From an uncultured Candidatus Saccharibacteria bacterium (GTDB taxonomy: Bacteria > Patescibacteriota > Dojkabacteria > J137), in contig CAZLOI010000001.1 of NCBI GenBank assembly GCA_964561155.1, positions 302,759 to 366,758 on the forward strand: a DNA stretch of 64,000 bases, given 5' to 3'. The translations under genes and the position numbers were made by a program. The notes below the pieces were generated by a model that did not search any database, was not told where the DNA came from, and saw only the letters and a program-made list of their open reading frames with translations. Positions within the stretch are counted from its first letter, which is position 1, and each line of letters opens with the position of its first letter. Shown in pieces: positions 60,499-64,000 of the stretch.

Positions 60499-61047
60499 AT
60501 GCTTTTTGATGAAGCAAAATACAAAGCAGGACTCGATAATGTCATTTCTAGATTCAAAGATGAGATTTCTACATTAAGAACAGGAAAAGCATCCAAGGAC
60601 ATGTTCGACAACATTATGGTTGAAGCCTACGGATCAAGTATGCCTGTAAGTAATCTAGCAAGCTTAGTTTTTGAAGGTGCTATTAGCGTTAGTGCAAAGG
60701 TATTTGATAAAAGCATAAGTCCAAAGGTAGTACAGGCTTTAACAGATGCTCTGCAAGGTGCAAGTGTTACTGACCAAGGTGAAGTTATTAGAATAAACTT
60801 TAGACCAATTACTCAGGAAGATAGAGATGCTAGAGTAAAGGAGCTAAAGAAAATGTTAGAAGATGCAAGAATAGCTGCAAGACTTGTAAGACAAGACTAC
60901 ATGCAGAAAGTTAAAGCATTGGAAGGCGTTTCAGAAGATGAACAGAAACTTGCCGAGAAAGATATTCAAGAAACCCTTGAAAAATATATCGAGCAACTAG
61001 AAGAAGTCTCTCTACAAAAGGAAATCGAATTGTCTCCAAATAAATAA
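60499..61047 (+). CDS. frr: Ribosome recycling factor
   Basis: LDNVISRFKDEISTLRTGKASKDMFDNIMVEAYGSSMPVSNLASL…RDARVKELKK…; no pyrH lies between tsf and frr. Confidence 0.9.
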   Translation: MLFDEAKYKAGLDNVISRFKDEISTLRTGKASKDMFDNIMVEAYGSSMPVSNLASLVFEGAISVSAKVFDKSISPKVVQALTDALQGASVTDQGEVIRINFRPITQEDRDARVKELKKMLEDARIAARLVRQDYMQKVKALEGVSEDEQKLAEKDIQETLEKYIEQLEEVSLQKEIELSPNK

Positions 61048-61088
61048 CAGAAATATCCCTTACAATTCACCTAGAATCTGTAGGGGAT

Positions 61089-62249
61089 ATGTTATATTTG
61101 AAAGGTATGTCAGCAATTATAACCATCGTCGCTTTATTATTACTAATCAGCATCTTAGTCTTTGTACATGAACTAGGGCACTTCCTAGCAGCTAAGTTAC
61201 AAGGAATACCAGTTAAGGAATTTGCTATTGGTTTTGGTAGGAAGTTATTTTCATTCGAAAGAGGAGAGACTACTTATGCTCTTAGAATATTCCCACTAGG
61301 TGGATTCGTTCAACTAGAAGGAGAGGAGACAGGTGAGTTTAGAAATAGACCAGCATATCAGAAACTGATCGTAATGCTTGCTGGAGTATTCATGAACATT
61401 ATCTTTGCAATGCTTCTTCTTGGTTTATACCTTCCAAAACTTGAATACATATTCTCGCTACCTGCAATTGTTGAATTTGATTTTACAAATGTAGATGTGC
61501 AAGAGAAAGCATTCCCATTAACAGCAGTTGAGATCCTTGATTACAGTGCTGCCAAGGGAGATATAGAAGTAGGTGAGACAATAATCGGAGTTAACGGAAC
61601 AAGATTCAATAGTTTTAATGAGTTCAAGGAACTTCTTGATAAGAATCAAGGAACAGATGCTGAGTTTGAATTAATCGATCTTAGTACTCTAGAAACTTCA
61701 ACCAAAGAAGTTACAATTGGAATTCCAGCGGAAGACAAAGGCACACTAGGAGTCGTATTCGATGGAGGATTTGCAGAGGTTGGTCAGGCAGGATACTTTA
61801 TAAAGTATAAGCCAACATTCCTTTCTGGTGTTTCGTTAACCTACGATATTGCTAGATTCCAACTTAAAGCTATTGGTAGTTTACTAAGCACATCATTCCA
61901 AAGTGGTGACTTTACAGAAGTAGGTGAAAATGTGGGCGGATTGCCTGCTATTTCCTCTCAAGTTAGTCAGGTAGTAAGTTTAGGCGACCTGAGCTTTTTA
62001 ATCCCTCTAGCGGCTATTATATCCATTTCTTTGGCTATATTTAATATACTACCTCTTCCTGCATTGGATGGAGGACAGTCATTGATAGTAGTAATCGAAA
62101 CTATTTTTAGAAGAAAAGTTCCTGATCACATTATCAGTAAGATTAATCTGGCAGGCTTCGTATTCTTAATATCTCTGGCATTGCTAATTAATGTCAAAGA
62201 TCTATTCCAATTTGGATGGATAGAAGGAATCCTAAATATCTTTAGATGA
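61089..62249 (+). CDS. rseP: Site-2 protease RseP-like (M50 zinc metalloprotease with PDZ)
   Basis: HELGHFLAAK HExxH in TM1, a central PDZ-like segment, and the C-terminal LDGG motif (ILPLPALDGGQ). Confidence 0.85.
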   Translation: MLYLKGMSAIITIVALLLLISILVFVHELGHFLAAKLQGIPVKEFAIGFGRKLFSFERGETTYALRIFPLGGFVQLEGEETGEFRNRPAYQKLIVMLAGVFMNIIFAMLLLGLYLPKLEYIFSLPAIVEFDFTNVDVQEKAFPLTAVEILDYSAAKGDIEVGETIIGVNGTRFNSFNEFKELLDKNQGTDAEFELIDLSTLETSTKEVTIGIPAEDKGTLGVVFDGGFAEVGQAGYFIKYKPTFLSGVSLTYDIARFQLKAIGSLLSTSFQSGDFTEVGENVGGLPAISSQVSQVVSLGDLSFLIPLAAIISISLAIFNILPLPALDGGQSLIVVIETIFRRKVPDHIISKINLAGFVFLISLALLINVKDLFQFGWIEGILNIFR

Positions 62250-62273
62250 TAAGTACTTTATAATCTAAGCTTC

Positions 62274-62975
62274 ATGAATAACGATTTTCCAACAACTAAA
62301 GAATCAACAAAGGTAGAAGAACTAAGAGAGATAATCTCGAAGATAAATCTAGCCTGTTCCCAAAGAGAAACTGTAGAGCATCTAGCAGATCTTTTTAGAC
62401 AGATACCGGTACCAGTATGTGTAGATTGGAACAATGTTATAGCTAATAATGAATCTTTATTAAGATTGAACCCAGGAGCAGTGAAGCTTTTAGCTGAGTT
62501 AAAGAAACTAGGAACTGTGATTATTGTTACTACCGCCTCTGATTACGAGGTACTTGTAGACTTCTTTAAAGTACATAATATATTCTCAGAAGACATGATC
62601 TTTCTTGCTAAACCAAACTACAAACCTTTGGCAACATACTTCCAAATAGATTCAGAAGGCGATTATGAAAAGATAAGGCAGTTAAGACTAGAATTTCTTC
62701 AAACACACCCTAGTTTCCAAGAATCGGATCTATATGGATCATCTTTTGAAAAGAAGTTAGGACCACTTTTTAACAAGCCTTGGGATGTTCCTATAATCGA
62801 TGATGCAAGAAAGGCAACGATGGGTAATCCAGGTATGTTTGGTGTTCACGTAATGCCTTGGACTGAACAAGGGTACGATCAAATGGAGAAAAGATTGTCA
62901 GATGGAGAGCTTACACTTGAGCTAGCTCTAGAGAAGGTAAAGACACATTTAAGATCCCAGGGAGTTGCAGAATAG
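62274..62975 (+). CDS. Hypothetical protein (233 aa), possibly HAD-like
   Basis: VPVCVDWNNVIAN…GTVIIVTTASDYEV loosely recalls a HAD core, but the catalytic DxD is not clear. Confidence 0.4.
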   Translation: MNNDFPTTKESTKVEELREIISKINLACSQRETVEHLADLFRQIPVPVCVDWNNVIANNESLLRLNPGAVKLLAELKKLGTVIIVTTASDYEVLVDFFKVHNIFSEDMIFLAKPNYKPLATYFQIDSEGDYEKIRQLRLEFLQTHPSFQESDLYGSSFEKKLGPLFNKPWDVPIIDDARKATMGNPGMFGVHVMPWTEQGYDQMEKRLSDGELTLELALEKVKTHLRSQGVAE

Positions 62976-63055
62976 ATTATCTGTGAGGCATCTTCAGATT
63001 TTGAGGTTTTCCTGTTATACTTGCTAAGCTATTTTATTTAAAACCAAGGAGAAAT

Positions 63056-63259
63056 ATGTCAGTAGTAGTACACGATGACATGCCAATTGATTTGGCTCTA
63101 AGACTTTTGTGGAGAGAGGCAACTAGAGAAGGTGTTCTTGAAAAGAGAGAAGCACTTCGATACTATGCACCTAAATCACAAGCAAAGCACCAGAAGAAAA
63201 AGGTGTGGGAAAAGATGAAGAGACGAAGCAGTGCAGCAAAACGAAAGAAACTAAAGTAA
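63056..63259 (+). CDS. rpsU: 30S ribosomal protein S21
   Basis: 67-aa basic protein (DLALRLLWREATREGVLEKREALRYYAPKSQ…AKRKKLK) matching the S21 pattern. Confidence 0.75.
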   Translation: MSVVVHDDMPIDLALRLLWREATREGVLEKREALRYYAPKSQAKHQKKKVWEKMKRRSSAAKRKKLK

Positions 63260-63428
63260 TATAAACGTGCTTTTAAAAACCCTGGATTCGAAATACAGTT
63301 CAGGGTTTTTGCATTCCTATAAATATAGTGAAAATGTCATAGACTATATTAACTTCCGTAGCTTATACTATCTTTAAATTAACTTTTTTAAGTTAGTATA
63401 TTCACCCAGAATTTTTCAAATCAAATCC

Positions 63429-64000
63429 TATGGCAGATGTTCTTTACAGGAAATACAGATCAAAAACTTTCGCTGAACTAGTAGGTCAAGAAACTACGGT
63501 ATCTATCCTTACAGAAGCAATTAAACAGAATAGAGTAGCTCATGCATATCTATTCTCAGGACCAAGAGGCACAGGAAAAACTTCAGCAGCAAGAATATTC
63601 AGTAAAGCAATAAATTGTGAGAGATTTTATGAAAATGGAGATGTATGCAATGAATGTCCTTACTGTATTGCGATAAATAATTCTCAGACACAGGATGTTC
63701 TAGAAATGGATGCAGCTTCAAATAGGAAAGTTGATGATATTCGAGATCTAAAGAATAATATCGACTATCTTCCTACAATGTTAAAGAGACGAATCATCAT
63801 TATCGATGAAGCTCATATGCTTACCAACGAGGCTTTTAATGCGTTACTTAAAACTCTTGAAGAGCCACCTGAGCATATAATCTTTATCTTCGCTACTACC
63901 GAGGCACACAAGATGCCAATAACAATTCTATCCAGAGTGCAGAGATTCGACTTTAGATTAGGCAACAAAGATGCAATTATAACTAAGTTAGCAAAGATAG
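63429..64000 (+). CDS. dnaX: DNA polymerase III subunit gamma/tau, N-terminal 190 aa; 3' end lies outside the window
   Basis: YRKYRSKTFAELVGQETTVSILTEAIKQNRVAHAYLFSGPRGTGKTSAARIFSKAINCE…CNECPYCIAI…; Walker B IIIIDEAHML. Confidence 0.9.

Overview
This is an AT-rich (roughly mid-30s % GC by eye) bacterial chromosomal window read with the standard genetic code. It uses almost no Shine-Dalgarno sequences. The 16S rRNA is divergent: the 530 loop is altered and the anti-SD reads ACUCC rather than CCUCC. The genome has a CPR/Patescibacteria-like flavour; I cannot assign a phylum from sequence alone.

Core content: the 3' end of groEL; smpB; ftsH; polA; a complete rRNA operon (16S-tRNAIle(GAU)-tRNAAla(UGC)-23S-5S); rpsA; clpC; rho; a LysM-M23 peptidase; ndk; tmk; the classic rpmG-tRNATrp-secE-nusG-rplK-rplA-rplJ-rplL block on the minus strand; a split comEC; a cyclophilin; a SpoU methylase; rpmB; a tRNA Thr-Tyr-Thr cluster; dprA-topA; rpsB-tsf-frr; rseP; rpsU; and the 5' end of dnaX. 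I call 11 tRNAs in total.

The stand-out region is an ~18 kb block (about 1.4-19.9 kb) between groEL and a tRNA-Ile(UAU)/tyrosine-recombinase junction. It encodes:
- a membrane-anchored Hsp100/ClpB-like double AAA+ ATPase;
- a tandem array of seven paralogous small two-transmembrane hairpin proteins, which are VirB2/TrbC-pilin-like in topology, mostly carry signal peptides, and share a loop motif G-D-[DE]-x-K;
- coiled-coil membrane proteins;
- a SpoIID/LytB-domain cell-wall lytic protein;
- a bPH2 membrane protein;
- a 920-aa TM protein with a beta-propeller ectodomain;
- a VirB4-like P-loop ATPase.
This looks like an undescribed envelope-spanning secretion- or pilus-like apparatus, possibly on an integrative element.
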